In this document: piece after piece, positions 20,342-28,810 of the stretch
Layout of the letters: each line of letters begins with the position of its first letter
Numbering within the stretch: the stretch's first letter is position 1
From: Nitrososphaeria archaeon
Lineage (GTDB): Archaea; Thermoproteota; Nitrososphaeria; JACIWG01
Assembly (NCBI GenBank): GCA_050011875.1
Contig: JBEKIG010000004.1
Coordinates: 32,001 to 96,000, forward strand
Direction of reading: 5' to 3'
Length of the DNA stretch: 64,000 nucleotides
Position numbers and translations under genes: made by a program
Notes under the pieces: model-generated
What the model saw: only the letters and a program-made list of their open reading frames with translations
What the model was told of the DNA's origin: nothing
Database searches by the model: none

Positions 20342-21406
20342 ATGGAGCGAAAAGGAGTCAGCTACGACGTAGGACGCGTGATGGGGTTCAATTGGCGCCC
20401 CGTCTTTGATCCAAAGATCGTCCATCGCGAGCTTGAAATCATCAAGGATGACCTGCACTGCAACGCTGTGAGGATCTGCGGCCGCGACATCGAACGGGCG
20501 ACCGCCTGCGCCCAAGCTGCGATGGAACAGGGACTGGAAGTCTGGCTCTCACCAGAGCTTTGGGACAAGAGCCCGCCGGCGACCCTTGAGTACATCACGA
20601 AGGCCGCATCCGCGGCAGAGACCCTACGAAAGCATTGGCCGGAGAGGATAGTGTTCAGCATCGGCTCCGAGCTGACACTCTTCATACAGGGGATTGTAGA
20701 AGGAAGAAACTTCACGGCCCGTCTGTCGAACCCTAGCCTTATTCCCCGCGTGAAGGCGGGCGAGCACAACAAGCCGCTAAACGACTTCCTGACCAAAGCG
20801 AACGCGGCCGTTAGATCTGTGTTTCACGGTAAAGTAACCTACGCTTCCTTGGTCTGGGAGGCGGTCGACTGGAACCTTTTCGACTACGTAGGAGTCGACC
20901 ATTACCGGACGACCAAGATTGAGGACAAGTACGTTGGGATGTTGAAACCTTCGTTCTCTCACGGGAAACCGGTGGTCATAACAGAGTTTGGCTACGCTAC
21001 GACCCACGGAGGCATAGGCGAGGAAGGCTTCTTGGGCTCGTCAGGCCTCGGTGGAAACATAATCGACCTGAAGTCGCAGTTCCTCCACTACAAAGTACCG
21101 GTCTTGGGTCAGTTCGTCCGACCACACCTCAACGGCGACCATGTTCGCGACGAGGCGTGGCAAGCTCACAAGCTCATCGAAACGTTGGGAATACTGGACA
21201 GTGCGGGGGTTGACGGAGCGTTCGTGTTCCAGTTTATTTCACAAATCACTCCCTACAGCGATGATCCTCATTACGACCTAGATATGGCGAGCTCCAGCTT
21301 GGTGAAATACTACGAGCACGGAAGACACGGCACAACCTATCCAGATATGACGTGGGAGCCTAAGGAGTCCTTCAGGGCCGTCGCCGACTATTACGCCAAT
21401 CATTAG
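20342..21406 (+). CDS. Glycoside hydrolase-like TIM-barrel protein
   Basis: GVSYD..DLHCNAVRI..GSE..TYA..GVDHY..KPVVITEFG pattern (clan GH-A-like); visibly GC-richer than the host genes. Confidence 0.65.
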   Translation: MERKGVSYDVGRVMGFNWRPVFDPKIVHRELEIIKDDLHCNAVRICGRDIERATACAQAAMEQGLEVWLSPELWDKSPPATLEYITKAASAAETLRKHWPERIVFSIGSELTLFIQGIVEGRNFTARLSNPSLIPRVKAGEHNKPLNDFLTKANAAVRSVFHGKVTYASLVWEAVDWNLFDYVGVDHYRTTKIEDKYVGMLKPSFSHGKPVVITEFGYATTHGGIGEEGFLGSSGLGGNIIDLKSQFLHYKVPVLGQFVRPHLNGDHVRDEAWQAHKLIETLGILDSAGVDGAFVFQFISQITPYSDDPHYDLDMASSSLVKYYEHGRHGTTYPDMTWEPKESFRAVADYYANH

Positions 21407-21450
21407 GAGTTGCTGATACTGCTTTGCAAAGGCCTCAATTCCCTGTGCGA

Positions 21451-21665
21451 TTGAATCAGGAGACGGTGATTGGTGGCGTCTTCTAGATATCATCGCTGGA
21501 GTCCTTCGTCGGACAGGCTGTAGCGCAGTCAGCTTGAAAGGGAACTCAGTACAGCCTGATTTGCAACGCCATCAGCGATCTTGGTGTAACGTAACGGTTT
21601 GCTGGACGGTCAATAACGGTGGTGTTTCGGGTTACTATTGCTCCCCCGTGCACAATAGATGATAA
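21451..21665 (+). pseudogene. DUF998-like membrane protein remnant
   Basis: IGGVF*ISSLESFVGQAVAQSA*KGTQYSLICNAISDLGVT*, then GYYCSPVH in another frame. Two stops fall where Trp is expected; the YS..N.ISDLG motif is present. Confidence 0.5.
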
Positions 21666-21697
21666 CATATCACGGCGCTCAACGAAAGGATTAGCGC

Positions 21698-22198
21698 CTA
21701 AATATTTAAAATACCTAAAAGGTCCACTTTAGACTCTTGCGATAATCTTTGAATAAGATCCGATAACTCCTTACCTTTTCTTTTCAGTTCCCTCTTGGAT
21801 ACAGTATACTTCATTGGGCAGATATCATCGACACTCATTCCTTTCCCTACCTGATAGATCACCGGATAAATGTAGCATCCCAGAGGCCTGTCCTTATAGA
21901 CCTTACAACTATGATTCTGGATATTATAGAAAAAACAGTGCCCATGATCATTCCGCAGACAAAAAAAACCTTGCCTATCACGAAATACGAACTTCTGACA
22001 ATCATAACCTAACCTTTCCAATCGTTTAACGTCTTCAAATGAGAGCATCATCTTGGTTTTCTGACAACATATACCGCAAAAGGAACATTTCATAAAGTGA
22101 TTTAACCCCCCAACCTCCATATTTAACTTTTGAATTTCAGAGGCGGTTGTATCCATAAAATCCTTTTTTATAAATAAAATACAAGCTACTGATCCCAT
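21698..22198 (-). CDS. YkgJ-family (CxxCxxCC) Fe-S/Zn cluster protein
   Basis: CSFCGICC, CFFY and CKVYKDRPLGCYIYP motifs; the real start is probably downstream. Confidence 0.8.
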   Translation of the reverse strand: MGSVACILFIKKDFMDTTASEIQKLNMEVGGLNHFMKCSFCGICCQKTKMMLSFEDVKRLERLGYDCQKFVFRDRQGFFCLRNDHGHCFFYNIQNHSCKVYKDRPLGCYIYPVIYQVGKGMSVDDICPMKYTVSKRELKRKGKELSDLIQRLSQESKVDLLGILNI

Positions 22199-22372
22199 TT
22201 CCTAAGAAAATTTACTGCGTTTTTCTTGGAATGCAATCCCTAAACTAAATGATTTGAACATGGGATCTCTTATTTAGCCTTTAAAATATAAATATATGTT
22301 TGTCCAGTTACTAGACACATTACTTTCAAAAGAGGATAAAAAGATTAAGAAGGTATGAAAAACTAAAACTAG

Positions 22373-22801
22373 TTGATGGACATGAACGTTAAGCTGCAAA
22401 TATTCAAGATGAGAGAAGCAAGTGGAACTTCTTTGGCACAGCGCTATCGCTTTGCAGTAGTTGATCTGGACAGGCCTGAAAAGTATCCATCAAACTTTGT
22501 CTGCATGATGCCAGCTCAAATAGGCTCAGATAAGCATAGCGTTTTTGTTAAGCTTTTTGGAGACAAAAGCATAGAACTGGCCAGTCAACTGTTGACGGAT
22601 GCACTTGAGACTGAGACTGACCTTGAAACTAAAGCTGAAATTGGAAGAAGATTGAAGATAATTAAATCCCCTGATACCAATCAGGTCGAATGCAGTGTTT
22701 GCGGAAAACTGTTCAAACCTACACGAAGGAGAGGGTTCAGGCAGAAAATCTGTCCCGAATGTAAAAACAAAAGGTACGGCAACTATGGACAAAAGTCTTA
22801 A
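22373..22801 (+). CDS. Hypothetical protein with C-terminal zinc ribbon
   Basis: CSVCGK...CPEC. Confidence 0.65.
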   Translation: MMDMNVKLQIFKMREASGTSLAQRYRFAVVDLDRPEKYPSNFVCMMPAQIGSDKHSVFVKLFGDKSIELASQLLTDALETETDLETKAEIGRRLKIIKSPDTNQVECSVCGKLFKPTRRRGFRQKICPECKNKRYGNYGQKS

Positions 22802-22916
22802 TAATACTGCCTGCAAATTTTATTTTAAATGAGTATACTGATTAGAAAGGATTCAAACGAAAAGTGAAAGCGTAGTGCATGTTAGTCAGATGGTAATAAA
22901 TTACCAATTTTGATTC

Positions 22917-23111
22917 TTATATAAGATTTAACTCCTTAGCACATTGGAGACAGTGATATTTTCTTGGAGCACCTTTTGAGATGATTGTTTCACCTATGTT
23001 GAAATCTCTTTTACATTTGTAGCATCTTAGACCATATTCCTTCGCATAGTGACGATGTGAAAGCCTCGACATTATTGTTGCCGTTAATTTGATCTTTATA
23101 GTTCCTGTCAT
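22917..23111 (-). CDS. Small zinc-finger protein
   Basis: CYKC...HCLQC in 64 aa. Confidence 0.55.
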   Translation of the reverse strand: MTGTIKIKLTATIMSRLSHRHYAKEYGLRCYKCKRDFNIGETIISKGAPRKYHCLQCAKELNLI

Positions 23112-23581
23112 TTAGGTCAGAGATTTCGTGAAGAATGCTTTATCGCCGTACTTATACTTATAATGGTAGTTATATTTTTGTAGTTTTGCCATTACATTTT
23201 CTTTTTTTAGATACATCTTCCTGTTTTACGGAACAATTAATTTTGAATTCTGTTCCTTTAACCTTTTTAGAATTTTAACTTGTTATTGTTTTTTTAGTTG
23301 CAGAAAAGTTTAAACTACGTCAACGGCTCTTTTGATTCTTCGACTCCATCGCCTTTCTTGTCCAATTTTTTTGAGGAAAGCTTTGGCTTTCCCTGGACAA
23401 CTCCATACCCTAACAGAACCGGTTCTTATCTAGCAACCTCTTTGATCTGGATTACTCCATATTTATATTTCGAGGCTTCATCCTTTAATATCACCTTGAG
23501 TACCCTGTCCAAAGGACTTTCACCCTTAAGGTTCTCCAGCACCCAATAAAGCTGCCTTCCAGACATGTAATCGATTATGAT

Positions 23582-23656
23582 GGGCTCGTGGCTCAGTCTG
23601 GATAGAGTACAGGCCCTCTAAGCCTGGGGTCGTGGGTTCAAATCCCACCGGGCCCG
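23582..23656 (+). tRNA. tRNA-Arg (anticodon TCT), intronless
   Basis: Acceptor stem GGGCTCG/CGGGCCC, anticodon arm CAGGC-CCTCTAA-GCCTG, T arm GTGGG-TTCAAAT-CCCAC. Confidence 0.95.
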
Positions 23657-23810
23657 AACCCAATTATTCTCTGTTAATTATTTACCAGTAAATTAATGCT
23701 AAAATCCCACATTAATTGGAAGCATTAGATGGCAAAGATCCAATAAAAATTGGGTCCGGTTCGCTCAATGCACTCACAAACTAACTAAGAAAGACTTTCC
23801 ATCTTTATAG

Positions 23811-24130
23811 AAACTTTACCTATTTTGTTAAGGTTTCCTTTACCTATTTTGTTAAGGAAAAAATGCTGAACAGACTTTGATAAATTCTGTTCAAACAGAT
23901 ATTTTTTAACAAAATTAGTGCTAACCGTCCGCTGACTTGCTCGAACAGATCCCCCTATGTTCAAATGATTATCACTTTGCTCTCATGCAGAGCGCATTTA
24001 ACTTGAGCAGATAAAAAAAGTTAGCGCTAAATATTTTTCCGAAAAATCAGTTGAACAGAACACAATTGCACACAAATGACCTGTTGTAAAACCTTAACAG
24101 ATCCGGTAAAGGTTATTTTAAAGTGAACTT
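23811..24130 (+). ncRNA. Long-hairpin structured unit A (putative ncRNA or folded ssDNA)
   Basis: Nested stems 23885-23894/24051-24060, 23915-23925/24020-24030 and 23937-23944/24003-24010, plus a terminal inverted repeat; diverged paralogue of unit B. Confidence 0.6.
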
Positions 24131-24393
24131 CAAAAAAATGCGTACATCAAAAATAGACAGAAAGAACTTCCGGCTACATGTTCGAGAAGAAGGAGCTATT
24201 CTGAAAAATTGATAAGGGGATCTGAAATAAAAAGCGACAGTACCTTACTTAGATCAAAGGGGCAATCATTTTACTAAACCTTTTTAGCGAACCCCCATAA
24301 GTTGGAGCCTTCTTCCAGTTAAAATCATAGCGATAGGTTTTTGCAAAACTTCCCCTAACGTCAAGCCGGGAACAGCATCTACCTACATTTAAC

Positions 24394-24714
24394 AAACCTT
24401 TACCGATTTTGTTAAGGTTTCCTTTACATATTTTGTCAATGAAAAATCCGCTGATAATCGTGGATAAAGTTTGCTCATGCAGATATTTTTTTGAACAATT
24501 AGCGCAGACGGTCTGCTGATTTGCTCGGACAGATCCCCCTGTGTATTATTTGTTATCATATTGCTCCCATGCAGGACGGTTTTAAGTTGAGCAAACAAAA
24601 ACTGTTTGTGCAAACTTTTTTGTCTAAAAATCAACTGAGCAAACTATTTTTGCACCTAGTTGATTGAACGTTGTGCATTAACAGATTTCGTAAAGGTTCT
24701 TTGATAGTGAACTT
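24394..24714 (+). ncRNA. Long-hairpin structured unit B (diverged copy of A)
   Basis: Collinear with A; stems such as 24468-24477/24636-24645 keep their pairing through compensatory changes. Confidence 0.6.
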
Positions 24715-24780
24715 GTAACAAAAGGAATGTACGGCCCGTGAGACACTTTGTTTTGATCGACTAACTAGAATTTATGGGAA

Positions 24781-24832
24781 ATGTTCAAAAAGTGGGTTTA
24801 CGGTCATGACCACAGACATTAATTTTGAACAT
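24781..24832. repeat. 52-bp quasi-palindrome P1
   Basis: ATGTTCAAAA AGTGGGTTTACG GTCATGAC CACAGACATTA ATTTTGAACAT. Confidence 0.85.
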
Positions 24833-25076
24833 TATTGCCTAAAAGGAAGTTATAATTTAGTATCAATTTCTTCTCATTAATTGCGCCACTTACATCCACT
24901 ACACCTATTATAGAAGAGTTAAATTTCTTCCAAATATGCTTTGCCATATCAATAGACGAATGATAGGAAGGTGATTGCAACTACACCAAATATCAGGAAG
25001 AAAAAGAAAATACGACTAAACCAATTATCTGAGGAATTGGAAAACTCATGGTATTGTAGGTTAACTGGACCTTAAA

Positions 25077-25128
25077 ATGTTCAAAAATGGTGACTGCTGT
25101 CATGACCGGGGAAGCAGATTTTGAACAT
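25077..25128. repeat. 52-bp quasi-palindrome P2
   Basis: ATGTTCAAAA ATGGTGACTGCT GTCATGAC CGGGGAAGCAG ATTTTGAACAT. Confidence 0.85.
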
Positions 25129-25182
25129 AGTTCTCCATTTTAGGTAAAGTTTCCATTTAGATCGTTAACTAACTAAGAAAAA

Positions 25183-25460
25183 AACCTTTACATATAGCGT
25201 AATAATTAATCATCAGAGGCCGTTTAGAATGTTCAAGCCGATCTCCAAACAGGAAAAACGCGCAGCCCTATTATAGCAGATTCCCCAATAAACCCCAGTA
25301 TTCCTTAGGAAAACAGGCATGTTCCTCTATATATAGCAAAAAATTTTTTTTCTGTTTGGTGAACAGACGTTTGAACATTTGAACTTAATTATTACGCTAA
25401 GAGTAAAAGTTAATTTAATTATTACACTACAAGTAAAAGTTAAACACTAACTAAGTGAAC
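25183..25460 (+). ncRNA. Long-hairpin structured unit C (more divergent family member)
   Basis: 5' arm 25183-25209 pairs with 25385-25411 (duplicated at 25415-25441). Inner stems AATGTTCAAGC/GTTTGAACATT and CCAAACAGGA/TTCTGTTTGG. Shares AACCTTTAC, CAGATYCCCC and GTAAARGTT..AGTGAAC with A and B. Confidence 0.5.
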
Positions 25461-25607
25461 ATGCAAAAGGAAGATAAGTCCAAAGAGGAAATGAAGCCCT
25501 ATGGTTCAGGGCTGATGGGCCGGCAGGTGAAGCGATCAAAGAGGAACGAGATAAACCTCCAACCCTCAAAGACAATGCCAGACAGCTAACTTATCACTAG
25601 ACTTTAA

Positions 25608-25658
25608 ATGTTCAAAATGGTGATTACTGTCATGACTGTGGATACAGATTTTGAACAA
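25608..25658. repeat. 51-bp quasi-palindrome P3
   Basis: ATGTTCAAAA TGGTGATTACT GTCATGAC TGTGGATACAG ATTTTGAACAA. Confidence 0.85.
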
Positions 25659-25881
25659 GACGACCTTAATGTAAAAAATAAGTTTTGTCCGTTATACAAT
25701 GATCTTAATGCTACAAGAAATGTTAAAAAAAATTAGAGTCAGACTTATAGTCGAACAATGTAGAATCCCATTTTAAAATAATAGAATCATTACTTAACTT
25801 CTATAGAATCTTCAATTGGAATATTAATCTAGTTCTCCGAGAATCAATCAAAACCTTTATTGCTTCAAATGCTTAAAAAAA

Positions 25882-26223
25882 TTATTGCGGGTTTGTACAG
25901 CCGTATATCAACCCTGTAAAAATTAAGCCGAAAGCGAATATGCCAAAAGCTAACAAATCAGTGTTTTCTGGTGGATCTACTACAAGACCTTTGTAGCATC
26001 TGCAGAACTCCTTCTGTTTAACGTTTTTTGGTGGGGTCATCCACTTGTTTGTCTCTTCTAAATCTCTGTACACGTAGACTTGCACAGTTCGGGGGTCTAA
26101 ATTGCATACTTCACCCACTTGATTGATAGTGTATTCCTTATCTTTCTCTAAACTTCCTTCTAAACATTTTACGAATTTCTTTATTGGTGGTTCATAAGGT
26201 CCTCTTGACATCATTGAATTCAC
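25882..26223 (-). CDS. Small HTH-like protein with a C-terminal TM helix
   Basis: YTINQVGEVCNLDPRTVQVY (HTH-like) and LLAFGIFAFGLIFTGLIYG (TM). Confidence 0.55.
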   Translation of the reverse strand: MNSMMSRGPYEPPIKKFVKCLEGSLEKDKEYTINQVGEVCNLDPRTVQVYVYRDLEETNKWMTPPKNVKQKEFCRCYKGLVVDPPENTDLLAFGIFAFGLIFTGLIYGCTNPQ

Positions 26224-26375
26224 ACCTAGGTGTAATTTTGTAAATATAATTTAAACTTTTCCTAAGGGCATGTACAGCAATAATATAAACTCCATAATAT
26301 CTTTGGGTTCCGAAAGTAAAACGAACGATAGTGATTCTACTTCACTACCTTTTACTCGAAGGACTTTTGGAAATT

Positions 26376-26427
26376 ATGTTAAGAAAAGGAGAGTGTCGTC
26401 ATGACCGCAGGCAACGATTTTGAACAT
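26376..26427. repeat. 52-bp quasi-palindrome P4 overlapping the RBS and start of the topoisomerase-like gene
   Basis: ATGTTAAGAA AAGGAGAGTGTC GTCATGAC CGCAGGCAACG ATTTTGAACAT; ATG 26401 lies in the central GTCATGAC. Confidence 0.8.
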
Positions 26428-28581
26428 GATGATGACATCACGAACAAAATCAGAGCACGGCCACGGATCTACGATTTTTTCACTCTCGATGGCGTGCAGC
26501 GGCTTACCGGGTGCACACCAGAAAAATTCCTCTTGTTCATGTCAAAGGAATTAACCGATAACGCCCTCGATAAACGGAATGTAAAGAATGTCAAGGTCGA
26601 GATCGTTGAAGAAGGCAAAATATTGATTCTGTCAGTATCTGATGACGGAAAACCAACGTTTGATAGTGAATCTCTGACTAAGATCCTAGACTTTGAGAAA
26701 GCGCCCTCCGAGAAAAGAGGAAAAAAGTGTGTAAAAAGAGGAGTACTTGGGAACGCACTACAAAGTTGCTTCGGGATTTCTTATGCAACATTCAACGCAG
26801 ACAACAGACCTGAATACACTGCAGAGGTATGGGGAACCAAAAAATTTTTCATAAAGTTGGATCCCAGTAAGACATCATTTCAAGAAGAACCACGGGAAAA
26901 CGATGGCTTTACAGTCATTCGATTCAAACTACCAACTGGCAATTATGTTTCACCTTTTAGAATTTTAAGAACTATCGCCCTGCTTAACCTCTATGTCACT
27001 ATCTCTTACAAGGATAAAGAATTAGAACACACTTCCGCAGCTTTGGAATGTATCAAACCTCCCATACAAAACGAAGTTGATATACATTGCTATAGTTATG
27101 CAGAATTTAGCGACTTTGTCGATGAGATACAGCATAGTACAGTGGAGCAGTGTGTGACGATCTTCAAAGGCCTAAAGAACCGTTTCTACGCAAAAAAGGT
27201 CCTCGAGGATGCAGGTATTAAGCCTGGAACGAGGCTTTCAGATCTTAGCTCTAAAGAACGTCAATGCCTTTTCAGTACGATAAAAAAGGCTGCGAAGACC
27301 CTAAAAGCCATCCAACTACCTGTAGTCGGCAAAGATTCATTCGAGCAGCATGGTATTGTGAACTACTTTGTAAAGCGTGGTACATTGAGCGATAAAGAGG
27401 GGAGAATCGTGCCCTATGTTGTCGAGGCCGCCTCCTTCGAAGACAAGGATGAAGAGATTTTTGAGACAGTAAACTTCACGACATCGATACATCATCCCTT
27501 CACCATGTACGTTTTCACTGAAGGAGAAAAAAGAGTAAAATTTAGTGATCTCACGAAGGACAAAGGGCTAAACGTGCTTATCCACCTAGTGTGTCCAGCG
27601 ATCACATGGCTCAGCGCAAGCAAGGGCGAAATGGATATTCACCCCTTTCAGGATGCGATATTTTCAGCAATCAGACATGTCTGCAGGCAGAACAAGATGA
27701 CAGGATTTGATTCAGAAACTTTGATTTCACTTACCAACAATGTTATGAGTTCCTACCCGACATTTAACTTTACGCTCAGGCAGGTCTTCTACCTTCTGGT
27801 GTCTCATCACGGTTACCCTAACGAGAAACAAGCCTACAACAAGCTAGGTAAAGCTCTTGTCAAGGCAAGACAAGAAGGGACAGTAGATGCGGATAGAATT
27901 CTGGACTTGAGCAGGCCAGAGTACATAAATAACAGCTCGTATCAATCGTTCCTAGAGCGGGCCCGATCAGACTTCAAGACACTGATTAACGACTTTGATT
28001 TAGATAAATGGAGTCTACAACCGATATACTGTGAAACATGGATAGAAAAGGAGGCCCTCTCCAGAGTCATTGCACCGGTCTGCAAGAAATATAGTGTAAA
28101 CGAAATTGTTGGACGTGGCTATTCATCCTACACACAAATTCGAAGAGCTGTCAAAAGACTTCCAGAGGATAAGAAGGTAATCATACTCTATATTGGCGAC
28201 TTTGACCCGCCTGGACTTCACATAGAAGAGAAGCTAAAAGAAAGGCTCCTTGATGAAGCAAGTAGAAGAGGTAAACACTTACAACTGGATGTGAGGAGGG
28301 TCGCCTTAACCTATGAGCAGATTCAACAGTATCACCTTCCTGCCTCTCCCTTGAAAAAGTCAGGCCAAAAGCGTCAAGAATACCTAGAAAAATATGGAAG
28401 TGACGTATGGGAGGTTGATGCCTTAAGTCCTGAAGTCCTTATAAAAACTTTAGAGGAAGAAATTAGAAGTTTAATCGATTGGGAGATCTGGAACAAAAAA
28501 GAGGAAGAGGTCGAATACTTTAGGGGACTACTAAGAGAAGGCTTGGGACGATTTCTAGACGAACTGAACGCTTTCGAATGA
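26401..28581 (+). CDS. Single-chain type IIB topoisomerase-like protein (Topo VIII-like: GHKL ATPase + transducer + WHD + Toprim)
   Basis: KELTDNALD, VSDDG and GVLGNAL (GHKL); TLRQVFY (catalytic-Tyr WHD); WIEKEAL, GRGYSS and GDFDPPG (Toprim). Confidence 0.8.
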   Translation: MTAGNDFEHDDDITNKIRARPRIYDFFTLDGVQRLTGCTPEKFLLFMSKELTDNALDKRNVKNVKVEIVEEGKILILSVSDDGKPTFDSESLTKILDFEKAPSEKRGKKCVKRGVLGNALQSCFGISYATFNADNRPEYTAEVWGTKKFFIKLDPSKTSFQEEPRENDGFTVIRFKLPTGNYVSPFRILRTIALLNLYVTISYKDKELEHTSAALECIKPPIQNEVDIHCYSYAEFSDFVDEIQHSTVEQCVTIFKGLKNRFYAKKVLEDAGIKPGTRLSDLSSKERQCLFSTIKKAAKTLKAIQLPVVGKDSFEQHGIVNYFVKRGTLSDKEGRIVPYVVEAASFEDKDEEIFETVNFTTSIHHPFTMYVFTEGEKRVKFSDLTKDKGLNVLIHLVCPAITWLSASKGEMDIHPFQDAIFSAIRHVCRQNKMTGFDSETLISLTNNVMSSYPTFNFTLRQVFYLLVSHHGYPNEKQAYNKLGKALVKARQEGTVDADRILDLSRPEYINNSSYQSFLERARSDFKTLINDFDLDKWSLQPIYCETWIEKEALSRVIAPVCKKYSVNEIVGRGYSSYTQIRRAVKRLPEDKKVIILYIGDFDPPGLHIEEKLKERLLDEASRRGKHLQLDVRRVALTYEQIQQYHLPASPLKKSGQKRQEYLEKYGSDVWEVDALSPEVLIKTLEEEIRSLIDWEIWNKKEEEVEYFRGLLREGLGRFLDELNAFE

Positions 28582-28810
28582 TGAGGCTTCTGGCAGATGC
28601 TCGTACATTCTCGTTACGATTTCATATGATGCATTGATTAAATTTTGCCATAATACCTAAAGGTCATATAGTTGGGTCGATCAGGTGGCCACCCTTTTTT
28701 GTTCAACGACAAGTTTAGAGAACACCCTATTTCATAATTATATCAGTTTGGAAAATCGTGTCCCTTAATCACACAGAATCTTAAAATTATACGCAATATG
28801 ATCGCTTTGA

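Noticed and set aside
23430-23580. Tyrosine integrase C-terminal fragment (IIDYMSGR on the - strand, abutting the tRNA)
   Set aside because: Only a short resemblance to the D.IQGR motif, with no upstream catalytic motifs or following catalytic HY; insufficient support.
24389-24634. 81-aa - strand ORF
   Set aside because: It lies antisense within hairpin unit B, has no recognisable motif, and the ORF track shows no counterpart in unit A.
23657-25880. Chromosomal replication origin
   Set aside because: No convincing ORB boxes with G-strings and no adjacent cdc6/orc1 gene; covarying stems are not expected for ORBs. An element-specific origin is not excluded.
24781-26427. P1-P4 as CRISPR repeats
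   Set aside because: Spacing is irregular (roughly 300-770 bp), the interior is variable and there are no cas genes.
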